From Taeniopygia guttata (lineage: Eukaryota), in contig NC_133041.1 of NCBI RefSeq assembly GCF_048771995.1, positions 4,727,324 through 4,791,323 of the forward strand: 64,000 bases of DNA. The letters run 5' to 3'. Both the position numbers and the translations under genes were made by a program. Below the pieces are notes generated by a model. The model did not search any database. It saw nothing but the letters and a program-made list of their open reading frames with translations, and was not told where the DNA came from. This document shows positions 35,017 through 45,549 of the stretch, piece by piece. Numbering within the stretch: position 1 is the first letter of the stretch; each line of letters begins with the position of its first letter.

Positions 35017-36516
35017 GTGAGCGGCACACCTGGGCACACCTGGGCACACCTGGGGGCACCTGGGGGGGAGATTGGCACACCTGGGGTGCACCTGGGCACA
35101 CCTGGGGCACCTGGGGGCACACCTGGGCACACCTGGGCACACCTGGGCACACCTGGGGGGGAGATGGGCACACCTGGGGGGGTTTGGGAGGGGTTTAAAG
35201 GGGGTTTGGGGCACACCTGGGCACACCTGGGGCACCTGGAGGGGTTTAAAGCACAGCTGGGCACACCTCAGGGTGTTTAAAGAGGGTTTGAGGTTCACCT
35301 GGGGGCACCTGGGCACACCTGGGGGAGAGATGGGCACACCTGGGCACACCTGGAGGGGTTAAAACAGGTTTGGGAGGCACCTGGGGGCACCTGGGGGCAC
35401 CTGGGGGGGAGATTGGCACACCTGGGCACACCTGGGGGGGTTTGGGAGGGGTGTAAAGTGGGTTTGGGGCTCACCTGGGCACACCTGGGGGCACCTGGGC
35501 ACACCTGGGGCGCACCTGGGCACACCTGGGCACACCTGGGGGATATTTTGGGCACACCTGGGCACACCTGGGTACACCTGGGTACACCTGGGGGGGTTTA
35601 AAGGGGGTTTGGCGCACACCTGGGCACACCTGGGCACACCTGGGTGGGGTTAAAATCGGTTGGGGGGACACCTGGGGGCACCTGGGTAGGAGATTGGCAC
35701 ACCTGGGCCCACAGGGGGGCACCTGGAGGGGTTTAAAGGGGGTTTGGGGCACACCTGGGCACACCTGGGCACACCTGGGTGGGGTTTGGGAGGCACCTGG
35801 GGGCACCTGGGCACACCTGGGGGGCACTGGAACCCATCTGGGGGGTGGGGGAGGGGAAAAAAGGGGGTTTGGGAGGAGCAATTTGGGGCTCCAGGTGGCC
35901 CCAAAACCCCAAATTTTGACCCCAAAACCCCCAAATTTTGACCTAAAACCCCAAATTCTGTCCCCAAAACCCCCAAATTTCATCTCCACGTGACCCCAAA
36001 CCCCCAAATTTGGGGTTTGTGAACATCCACGTGACCCCAAAACCCCCAAATTTCAGCTCCAAATGAGCCCAAAACCCCCAAATTTTGACCCCAAAACTCT
36101 CAAATTTTCACCCAAAATGCCCCAAATTTCATCTCCAAGTGATCCCAAAACCCCAAATTTGGGGCTCCTGAACACCCAAGTGACCCCAAGAACCCCAAAT
36201 TTCACCTCCAAATGACCCCAAAACCCCCGAATTTCGGCTCTTTTCGCCCCCAAAACACCCAAATTTTGACCCAAAACCCCCAAATTTTGACCCAAGCCCC
36301 CCAAATTTCATCTCCACGTGACCCCAAAACACCAAATTTGGGGTTCCTGAGCATCCAGGTGACCTCAAATCCCTCCAGTTTCAGATCCAAATGGCCTCAG
36401 AACCCCCAAATTTTGAGGCAAAAATCCCGATTTTTGACCCAAAAACCCCAAATTTTGCCCCCAAAATCCCAAAATTTTTGGGTTTTTTTCCCAAATTTGT
36501 GTTTTTTCTCCCCGAG

Positions 36517-36586
36517 GGCGCGTTCTGGGGGCTGCTGGAGGGTCTGGGGCTGGGCCTGGCCCGGCTGATCCCCGAATTTGGGGCTC
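36517..36586 (+). other. Partial upstream duplicate of the SLC5A2 exon 13 5' end with its acceptor (ccccgag|GGCGCGTTCTGGGGGCTGCTGGAGGGTCTGGGGCTGGGCCTGGCCCGGCTGATCCCCGAATT)
   Basis: Compare with the real exon at 37151-37220. The copy diverges into satellite after CCCGAATTT. Confidence 0.8.
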
Positions 36587-37150
36587 CCGAACATCCCGGG
36601 GACCCCAAAACCCCCAAATTTCACCTTCAAATGACCCCAAAACCTCCAAATTTCGACTCTTTTGGCCCCCAAAACCCCCAAGTTTTGACCCAAAACCCCC
36701 CAAATTTTGACCCAAAATGCCCCAAATTTCATCTCCACATGACCCCAAAACCCCAAATTTGGGGTTCCTGAGCATCCAGGTGATCCCCCCCCAAAAAGAA
36801 TTCAGGTCCAAATGATCTCAGGACCCCCAAATTTTGACCCCAAAAACCCCAAATTTTGATCATAATCCATCAAATTTTGACCCCAAAACCCCAAATTTTG
36901 ACCCAAAAACCCCAAATTTTCACCCTAAATTCCCCAAATTTCATCTCCACGTGACCCCAAAACCCCAAATTTGGGGTTCCTGAGCATCCAGGTGACCCCA
37001 AAACCCCCAAATTTGTGCTCCAAATGACCTCAGAACCCTCAAAATTTGACGCAAAAATCACGAATTTTGACCCCAAAACGCCAAATTTTGCTCCCAAAAC
37101 CCCGAATTTTTGGGGTTTTTTTTCCCAAATTTGTGTTTTTTCTCCCCGAG

Positions 37151-37366
37151 GGCGCCTTCTGGGGGCTGCTGGGGGGTCTGGGGCTGGGCCTGGCCCGGCT
37201 GATCCCCGAATTCCTGCTGGGCTCCGGCTCCTGCGGCGCCCCCGGGCGCTGCCCGGCGCTGCTCTGCGGGATGCACTACCTGCACTTCGCCGCGCTGCTC
37301 TTCCTCCTCACCGCCGCCATCGTCATCGCCGTGTCCTGCTGCCACCCGCCCATCCCCGAGGTCCAC
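37151..37366 (+). CDS. SLC5A2: SLC5A2 exon 13; encodes [72 protein letters not shown]
   Basis: Acceptor tctccccgag, donor gtgagt. Matches SGLT2 [51 protein letters not shown]...PIPRKH. A partial 5' copy lies at 36517-36586, and three 3'-end-plus-donor copies lie downstream. Confidence 0.9.
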
Positions 37367-38110
37367 GTGAGTCTCGGGAGGTTTTTTGGGGGAAAACGGT
37401 GAAAAAATGGTGAAAAACGGTGAAAAAATGGCGAAAAACGGTGAAAAAACGGCCAAAAAACGGCCAAAAAACGGCCAAAAATGCGCTCAAAACGGGCTCA
37501 AAATGGGCACAAAAGTGGGACAAAAAAAGCCCAAAATGGGACAAAATGGGCCCAAAAATGGCCCAAAATGAGCCCAGAATGGGTCAAACTGAAATGAGAG
37601 ATTTTGGGAATTTTTGGGAATTTTTTTGGAATTTTTTTGGGGAAAAAATGGCGAAAAACGGTGAAAAAACGGCGAAAAAACAGCAAAAAAACGGCCAAAA
37701 ATGTGCTCGAAACGCGCTCAAAATGGCCCCAAAAGTGGGACAAAATGGGCCCAAAAATGGTCCCAAAAATGGCCCAAAAGGAGCCCAGAATGGGCCAAAA
37801 TGAAAGGTGTGAGTTTGGGAATTTTTGGGAATTTTTGGGAATTTTTTTGGGAAAAACCAGAAAAAATGACAAAAAAAGGTGAAAAAATGACGAAAAAATG
37901 GCGAAAAATGAGCCTAAAATGGCCCCAAAATGGGACAAAATGGCCCCAAAATCAGCCCAAAATGACCCAAAAATGGGACAAAATCGCCTCAAAATCAGCC
38001 CAAAATGAGCCCAAAATGAGCCAAAAATGACCTAAAATGGCCCCAGAATGACTAAAAACGCCCCAAAATAACCAAAATGGCCCAAAATTGCCCCAAATGG
38101 CGGCAGCGGA

Positions 38111-39308
38111 GCCGCGCTGCTCTTCCTCCTCACCGCCGCCATCGTCATCGCCGTGTCCTGCTGCCACCCGCCCATCCCCGAGGTCCACGTGAGTCTCGGG
38201 AAGTTTTTTGGGGAAAAAACGGTGAAAAAATGGTGAAAAACGGTGAAAAAATGGCCAAAAAATGGCCAAAAATGCGCTCGAAACGGGCTCAAAATGGGCA
38301 CAAAAGTGGGACAAAAAAAGCCCAAAATGGGACAAAATGGGCCCAAAAATGGCCCAAAAGGAGCCCAGAATGGGTCAAACTGAAATGTGAGAGCTTGGGA
38401 ATTTTTGGGAATTTTTGGGAATTTTTTTGGGAAAAACCAGAAAAAATGACAAAAAAAGGTGAAAAAATGACGAAAAAATGGCGAAAAATGAGCCCAAAAT
38501 GGCCCCAAAATCAGCCCAAAATGAGCCCAAAATGACCCAAAAATGGGACAAAATGGCCACAAAATCAGCCCAAAATCAGCCCAAAATGACCCCAAAATGA
38601 CCTAAAATGGCCCCAGATTGACTAAAAATGCCCCAAAATAACCAAAATGGCCCAAAATTGCCCCAAATGGTCGCAGCGGAGCCGCGCTGCTCTTCCTCCT
38701 CACCGCCGCCATCGTCATCGCCGTGTCCTGCTGCCACCCGCCCATCCCCGAGGTCCACGTGAGTCTCGGGAAGTTTTTTTGGGGAAAAACGGCGAAAAAA
38801 TGGTGAAAAACGGTGAAAAAACGGTGAAAAAAGGGCGAAAAAACGGCCAAAAATGCGCTCGAAATGAGCTCAAAATGGCCCCAAAATGGGACAAAATGGG
38901 CCCAAAAATGGCCCAAAAGGAGCCCAGAATGGGTCAAACTGAAATGAGAGATTTTGGGACTTTTTGGGAATTTTTGGGGGAAAAAACCAGAAAAAATGAC
39001 AAAAAAAGGTGAAAAAATGACGAAAAAATGGCAAAAAATGAGCCCAAAATGGCCCCAAAATCAGCCCAAAATGAGCCCCAAAATCAGCCCAAAATGAGCC
39101 AAAAATGGGACAAAATGGCCACAAATCAGCCCAAAATGACCCAAAAATGACCTAAAATGGCCCCAGAATGACTAAAAATGCCCCAAAATAACCAAAATGG
39201 CCCAAAATTGCCCCAAATGGTCGCAGCGGAGCCGCGCTGCTCTTCCTCCTCACCGCCGCCATCGTCATCGCCGTGTCCTGCTGCCACCCGCCCATCCCCG
39301 AGGTCCAC
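38111..39308 (+). other. Three copies of the SLC5A2 exon 13 3' end plus donor (GCCGCGCTGCTCTTCCTCCTCACCGCCGCCATCGTCATCGCCGTGTCCTGCTGCCACCCGCCCATCCCCGAGGTCCAC|gtgagtctcggg) at 38111-38188, 38681-38758 and 39231-39308
   Basis: Each copy terminates one tandem unit of about 560 bp. The real exon ends at 37366 with the identical sequence. Confidence 0.85.
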
Positions 39309-40695
39309 GTGAGTCTCGGGAAGTTTTTTTGGGGAAAAACGGCGAAAAAATGGTGAAAAACGGTGAAAAAACGGTGAAAAAAGGGCGAAAAAACGGCCAA
39401 AAATGCGCTCGAAATGAGCTCAAAATGGCCCCAAAATGGGACAAAATGACCCAAAAATGGGACAAAATGGCCCCAAAAATGGCACAAAAGGAGCCCAAAA
39501 TGGGTCAAACTTAAATGTGAGATTTTGGGACTTTTTGGGAATTTTTTTGGGATTTTTTTCCCAATTTTTGGGTGATTTTTGTGAATTTGAGGTGGATTTT
39601 GCCATTTTTGGGCAATTTTGGGTGGATTTTGATAAATTTTGGTTTAATTTTTGCCAAATTTTGGTTGGATTTCTGTTATTTTGGGGTGGATTTTTGACAT
39701 TTTTGGGGTGGATTTTGCCCAATTTTGGGTGGATTTGGCAGAATTTTGGGCAGATTTTGCCTTTTTTGGGTTGATATTTGTGGATTTTGGGTCAATTTTA
39801 GTGAATTTTGGGTGGATTTTGCCATTTTTGGGGTCAATTTTGCCATTTTTGGCTGGATTTTTGTGAATTTTGGATTTTGGCAAATTTTGGCTCAATTTTT
39901 CCAATTTTTGAGTGTTTTTTGTGAATTTTGGGTGTTTTTTTCTAAATTTTGAGTGTTTTTTGTTAATTTGGGGTCTATTTTTCCAACTTTTGAGTGATTT
40001 TTGTGAATTTTGGGTTGATTTTTCTGAATTTTGGGTGGATTTTGCAGAATTTCGGGTGGATTTTGCCAGTTTTGGGTCGATTTTTGTGAATTTTGGGTGG
40101 ATTTCGCCATTTTTTGGGTAATTTCGCCATTTTTGGGCTCGATTTTTGTGCATTTTGGGTCGATTTTGCCATTTTTGGTTGATTTTTGTGAATTTTGGGC
40201 GGATTTCCCCATTTTTGGGGTCGCTTTTGCCATTTTTGGGGTCGATTTTTGTGAATTTTGGTTGATTTTTGTGAATTTTGGGCGGATTTTGCCATTTTTG
40301 GGGTCGATTTTGCCATTTTTGGGGTCGATTTTGCCATTTCTGGGTCGATTTTTGTGCATTTTGGGTGGATTTTGCCATTTTTGGGGTCCATTTTGCCATT
40401 TTTTGGGTCGATTTTGCCATTTTTTGGTTGATTATTGTGAATTTTGGGTCGATTTTGCCGAATTTTGGGGTCGATATTGCCATTTTTGGGGTCAATTTTG
40501 TCATTTTTTGGTTGATTTTTGTGAATTTTGGGCGGATTTCGCCATTTTTGGGGTCGATTTTGCCATTTTTTGGTTGATTTTTGTGAATTTTGGGCGGATT
40601 TCGCCATTTTCGGGGTCGATTTTTCCATTTTCGGGGTCGATTTTGCCGAATTTTGGGTGGATTTTGGTGAATTTTGGGCGATTTCCCGATTCCAG

Positions 40696-40795
40696 CTGCA
40701 CAGGTTGGTGTTCAGCCTCCGGAACAGCCGCGAGCCCCGAATCGACCTCGACGCGCCCAAAGAGCCGCCCCAAAATTTGGGGGTCGAACTCGGGG
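40696..40795 (+). CDS. SLC5A2: SLC5A2 exon 14; encodes LHRLVFSLRNSREPRIDLDAPKEPPQNLGVELG
   Basis: Acceptor attccag, donor GTgaga at 40796. LHRLVFSLRNS(K/R)EERxDLDA matches SGLT2 exactly. The 3' boundary is the only in-phase donor before the exon 15 acceptor, so it is less certain. The predicted cytoplasmic loop is shorter than the human one. Confidence 0.7.
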
Positions 40796-41738
40796 GTGAG
40801 AGGGGGAAAAACCCAAATTTTGGAGGGTTTGGGACCAAATTTGGGATTTTTGGGATCCAAATTTGGGATTTTTGGTGCCTGGTGGAATCCGGGGTCCCAA
40901 ATTTTGAGGTTTTGGGATCAAAATTTCAAATTTTTGGCGTCTTGGGGACCCAAATTTTGGGGGTTTTGGGGAAGTTGGGAGCTCAAATTTTGGGGGTTTG
41001 TGATCCAAATTTGGGATTTTTGGGGATTTTTGGGGATTTTTGGGATTTGGAGTCTCAAATTTGGGATTTTTGGGGGTTTTGGGATCCAAATTTGGGTTTT
41101 TCGGGCATCACGGGAAATTTGGGGACCCAAATTTGGGATTTTTGGGGTTTTGGGGACCCGAATTTTGGGGGTCTGGGAGGGTTTGGGACCCAAATTTGGG
41201 ATTTTTGGGGGGTCTTGGAGATTTTTGGGTCCCGGATTTTGGAGTTTCAGGGACCCAAATTTGGGATTTTTGGGATTTGGGATCCGAATTTGGGATTTTG
41301 GGGCTTTTTGGGGAATTTGGAGCCCCAAATTCGGGATTTTGGGCAGCTTTGGGATCCAAATTTGGGATTTTTGGGGATTTTTGGGATTTGGAGTCTCAAA
41401 TTTGGGATTTTTGGGGTTTTTGGGATCCAAATTTGGGGTTTTGGGGATCCAAATTTGGGTTTTTCGGGCATCACGGGAAATTTGGGGACCCAAATTTGTG
41501 ATTTTGGGGCTCTTTGGGGATTGAAATTCGGCATTTTTGAGGTTCCCAGGTGTGGGGGTTTCCCAAATTTCGGAATTTTTCTGTCCAACAGTCCCAAAAT
41601 TGTCAAATTGGGGGGTTTTGGCCCAAAATTTGGCGTCTCAGGGGATTTTTGGGGGGTCCTGAAGACTTTTGGGGGGTTTGGAGCCTCAAATTTTTGGGAT
41701 TTTTGGGGTTTTTTTGACCCCAAATTTTTCAATTGCAG

Positions 41739-41911
41739 ATTTGGAAGCGGCGCCGGGGGCGGGGCCTGGAGCGGGGGGCGTGGCCTCGGAGGGGGGCGTG
41801 GCCTCGGCGGAAGCTCCGCCCCCCGAGGACCCCAAATGGAGCCGATTGGTCAATATCAACGCTCTGGTGCTGATGGGCGTGGCCTCCTTCCTGTGGGGAT
41901 ATTTTGCCTAA
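41739..41911 (+). CDS. SLC5A2: SLC5A2 terminal coding exon; encodes (D)[56 protein letters not shown]
   Basis: Acceptor caattgcag. TAA stop at 41909-41911. The C-terminal TM matches SGLT2 ([26 protein letters not shown]). An AATAAA lies at about 41922. Confidence 0.85.
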
Positions 41912-42629
41912 AAATCCCCAAAATAAACCCAAAATTATCCCGAATTCCTGAATTGCCTCGAATTTGTCCCAAAATTGCCCAAAAATGGTAAAAAAAAGGG
42001 ATGAAATCGCCCAAAAAATGAAAAAAATGGGTGAAAAATGCGTAAAAATGCCCCAAAATTGATAAAAAATTCACTCAAAATGACCCAAAATGTGTCAAAA
42101 TAGATCCAAAAATGTCAAAAATTGTGAAAAACAGGAAATGCCCCAAAATGGCCAAAAATTGACCCAAAAAATGCCCAAAATTGGTGGAAAATGGGATGGA
42201 AATGCCCCAAAAATCGATCTAAAAATGACCCAAAATCCATCCAAAGTGACCCAAAATGTCTCAAAATGGACCCAAAAAACTCCAAATATGAGAAAAAACG
42301 GAAATGCCCCAAAATGATTAAAAACGAGCCCAAAACCACCCAAAATTGGCCCAAATTGAAGCAAAATCTACTGAAAGGGACCCAAAATGTCTCAAAATGG
42401 ACCCAAAAAAGTCCAAAAATGAGAAAAAACGGAAATGCCCCAAAATGATTAAAAACGAGCCCAAAACCACCCAAAATTGGCCCAAATTGAACCAAAATCC
42501 ACTGAAAGGGACCCAAAATGTCTCCAAATGGACCCAAAATTTCCCCGAAATTTTCACTTTCAAAGCAAAAATTTAATTAAAAGGAAAAATTAATTGCGCT
42601 CATTAACGCCGTGAATAATAAACAGGACG

Positions 42630-43110
42630 CTGGTGACGTCATTGGCTCCGCCCACTTTGTGCTGATTCGCGTTAATTGCGGGGAATTAATTGGGGTTAAT
42701 TAATGGAAAAGGGGTCGGGGAGTCGTTAATTACCGCCGCCCTCATTAATTAAGCCGCTAATCATTAATAATTCGCCTCATTTCGCTTCAATTCCGCGTTG
42801 CCATGGCGACGGGGGCGTGGCTTAAGGCGGAAGCGTTGCTGGGGTGGGGGACGGCGCTGATTCGCTGCGGCGTTGCTAGGCGTGTTCTGATTGGCGGAAG
42901 CGTTGCTAGGCGTGCTCTCATTGGTCGCGCTGTCATATGCGCGCTCTGATTGGCTCCACCGCCTCTAGGCGTGCTCTGATTGGAGGAGGCGTGCCCAGGC
43001 GCGCTCTGATTGGCTGGAGGCGCCGCGTCGCTTCCGCTTCCGCCCCATGTGACCCGCGGCGCTCTTAAAGGGGCCGCGCCCGCCCGGGGCCTTTTTTGGG
43101 GCGATTTTGG
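42630..43110 (+). promoter_or_regulatory. CDIPT TATA-less promoter: a CRE TGACGTCA abutting an inverted CCAAT box and a GC box at about 42635-42660, followed by 5-6 tandem inverted CCAAT (NF-Y) boxes CTGATTGG/TCATTGG at about 42860-43015
   Basis: The motifs are visible directly, for example ggtgacgtcattggctccgcccac and the repeated gcgtgctctgattggc. They lie immediately upstream of the CDIPT ATG at 43177. Confidence 0.5.
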
Positions 43111-43176
43111 GGGATTTTGGGGCATTTTGGGGCATTTTGGGGCATTTTGGGGATTTTTGGGGGTCCCGGGGGGGCC

Positions 43177-43219
43177 ATGGGGGAGGAGAACGTGTTCCTG
43201 TTCGTGCCCAACCTCATCG
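43177..43219 (+). CDS. CDIPT: CDIPT (phosphatidylinositol synthase) exon 1; encodes MGEENVFLFVPNLI(G)
   Basis: ATG at 43177, donor GTgagc at 43220. Matches human MPDENIFLFVPNLIG. Confidence 0.9.
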
Positions 43220-45414
43220 GTGAGCGCAAACTGGGAGCACTGGTTTATACTGGGAGGGACTGGGGGGCACTGGTTTATACTGGGAGGGACTGGGGGGCAC
43301 TGGTTTATACTGGGAGGGGTTTGGGGGGCACTGGTTTATACTGGTTTATACTGGGAGGGGTTTGGGGGGCACTGGTTTATACTGGGAGGGGATTGGGGGG
43401 CACTGGTTTATACTGGGAGGGACTGGGGGGGCACTGGTTTATACTGGGAGGGGTTTGGGGGGCACTGGTTTATACTGGGAGGGGTTTGGGGGGCACTGGT
43501 TTATACTGGGAGGGGTTTGGGGGGCACTGGTTTATACTGGGAGGGGATTGGGGGGCACTGGTTTATACTGGGAGGGGTTTGGGGGGCACTGGTTTATACT
43601 GGGAGGGGTTTGGGGGGCACTGGTTTATACTGGGAGGGGTTTGGGGGGCACTGGTTTATACTGGGAAGGGATTATGGGGCACTGGTTTATACTGGGAGCA
43701 GTTTGGGGGGGCACTGGTTTATACTGGGAGGGCATTGGGGGGGCACTGGTTTATACTGGGAGGGGATTGGGGGGCACTGGTTTATACTGGGAAGGGTTTG
43801 AGGGGCACTGGTTTATACTGGGATGAACTGGGATGAACTGGGAGGGGTTTGGGGGCGCTCCAGATAGGGCTGGACTGGGATTGCTACTGGTTTGTACTGG
43901 TTTATACTGGTTTTACTGGTTTATACTGTTTTTTACTGGTTTGTACTGGTCTATACTGGTTTATACTGGTTTATACTGGTTTATACTGGTTTATACTGGT
44001 TTATACTGGTCCAAACTGGTCTTCCATCAATCTACATCACCCGGGGACCCATTTTAGGGCAGTTTTGGTGGCCAAAACTGGACTTTTACTGGTCCATACT
44101 GGTTTTTACTGGTATTACTGGTTTTTACTGGTTTATACTGGTTCATACTGGTTTATACTGGTTTATACTGGTCCAAACTGGTCGTCCCTCACTCTGCTTC
44201 ACTTGGGGACCCATTTCAGGGAGGTTTTGGTGGCCAAAACTGGACTTTTACTGGTCCATACTGGTTTATACTGGTTTGTACTGGTTTATACTGGTTTTTA
44301 CTGGTTTATACTGGTTTTTACTGGTCCATACTGGTTTATACTGGTTTATACTGGTCCAAACTGGTTGTCCATCACTCTGCATCACCTGGGGACCCATTTT
44401 AGGGACGTTTTGATGGTCAAAATTGTACTTTTACTGGTCCATACTGGTTTATACTGGTTTTACTGTTTTTTACTGGTTTATACTGGTTTATACTGGTCCA
44501 AACTGGTCCAAACTGGTCCAAACTGGTGCAAACTGGTCCAAACTGGTCGTCCCTCAATCTACATCACCCGGGGACCCATTTTAGGGAGGTTTTGATGGTC
44601 AAAATTGGACTTTTACTGGTCCATACTGGTTTGTACTGGTTTTACTGGTTTTTACTGGTTTATACTGGTCCATACTGGTTTATACTGGTTTATACTGGTT
44701 TATACTGGTCCAAACTGGTCGTCCATCAATCTGCATTACCTGGGGACCCATTTTACGGAGGTTTTGGGGATCAAAACTGGACTTTTATTGGTCCATATTG
44801 CATTATACTGGTTTATACTGGTTTATACTGGTCTATACTGGTTTATACTGGTTTGTACTGGTTTGTACTGGTTTATACTGGTCCAAACTGGTTTATACTG
44901 GTCCAAACTGGTCGTCCCTCACTCTGCATCACCCGGGGACCCATTTTAGGGAGATTTTGATGGCCAAAACTGGACTTTTACTGGTCCATACTGGTTTTAC
45001 CGGTCCATACTAATTTATACTGGTTCATACTGGTCTATACTGGTTTATACTGGTTCTTACTGGTTTATACTGGTCCAAACTGGTTGTCCATCACTCTACA
45101 TCACCCGTGGACCCATTTTAGGGCGGTTTTTGGTGGCCAAATTGGACTTTTACTGGTCCATACTGGTTTATACTGGTTTTACTGGTTTTTACTGGTTTGT
45201 ACTGGTTTATACTGGTCCAAACTGGTCCAAACTGGTCCAAACTGGTCCAAACTGGTCGTCCATCAATCTGCATCACCCGGGGACCCATTTCAGGGAGTTT
45301 TTGGTGGCCAAAATTGGACTTTTACTGGTCTATATTGCATTATACTTGTTTATACTGGTTTATACTGGTTTATACTGGTCCATACTGGTTTATACTGGTT
45401 TATACTGGTGCCAG

Positions 45415-45549
45415 GCTACGCCCGGATCCTGCTGGCCGCCGTCTCCTTCGGGCTGATGCCGACGCGGCCGTGGCCGGCGGCCGTTTGCTACGGGACGGCC
45501 GCGCTGCTGGACGCCGTCGACGGGCACGCGGCGCGGGCGCTGGGCCAGG
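45415..45549 (+). CDS. CDIPT: CDIPT exon 2; encodes (G)YARILLAAVSFGLMPTRPWPAAVCYGTAALLDAVDGHAARALGQ(G)
   Basis: Acceptor ggtgccag, donor GTactg at 45550. The CDP-alcohol phosphatidyltransferase motif D-G-x2-AR is present (LLDAVDGHAARAL). Confidence 0.9.

Larger units (their letters stand above)
33000..37150. repeat. SLC5A2 introns 11-12: a 10-bp acacctgggc satellite (33000-33850, 33940-34130, 35030-35830), units of about 120 bp of gaccccaggtgacct.../cccaaattttgggtttttgacctcaaaatgacc, and ccccaaattttgacccaaaaccc arrays (35850-37150). A segmental tandem duplication of about 980 bp carries the exon 12 acceptor region (33850 and 34830)
   Basis: Direct periodicity. Both duplicated exon 12 starts, at 33869 and 34848, are preceded by the same cccctgcccgcag acceptor. 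Confidence 0.85.
37367..41700. repeat. SLC5A2 introns 13-14: three to four tandem units of about 560 bp, each ending in a copy of the exon 13 3' end plus donor (37367-39520), then 30-40-bp ttttgggtggattttgccatttttggggtcgatttt repeats (39520-40690) and gggatttttggggacccaaatttg repeats (40800-41700)
   Basis: The exon-end copies are at about 38111-38188, 38681-38758 and 39231-39308. Confidence 0.85.

Noticed and set aside
40031-41991. 497-aa and 487-aa plus-strand ORFs (FWVDF.../GIFGI... repeats)
   Set aside because: They translate the ttttgggtggattttgcc and gggatttttgggg satellites in SLC5A2 introns. Real exon 14 (40696-40795) and exon 15 (41739-41911) are identified by homology and splice sites.
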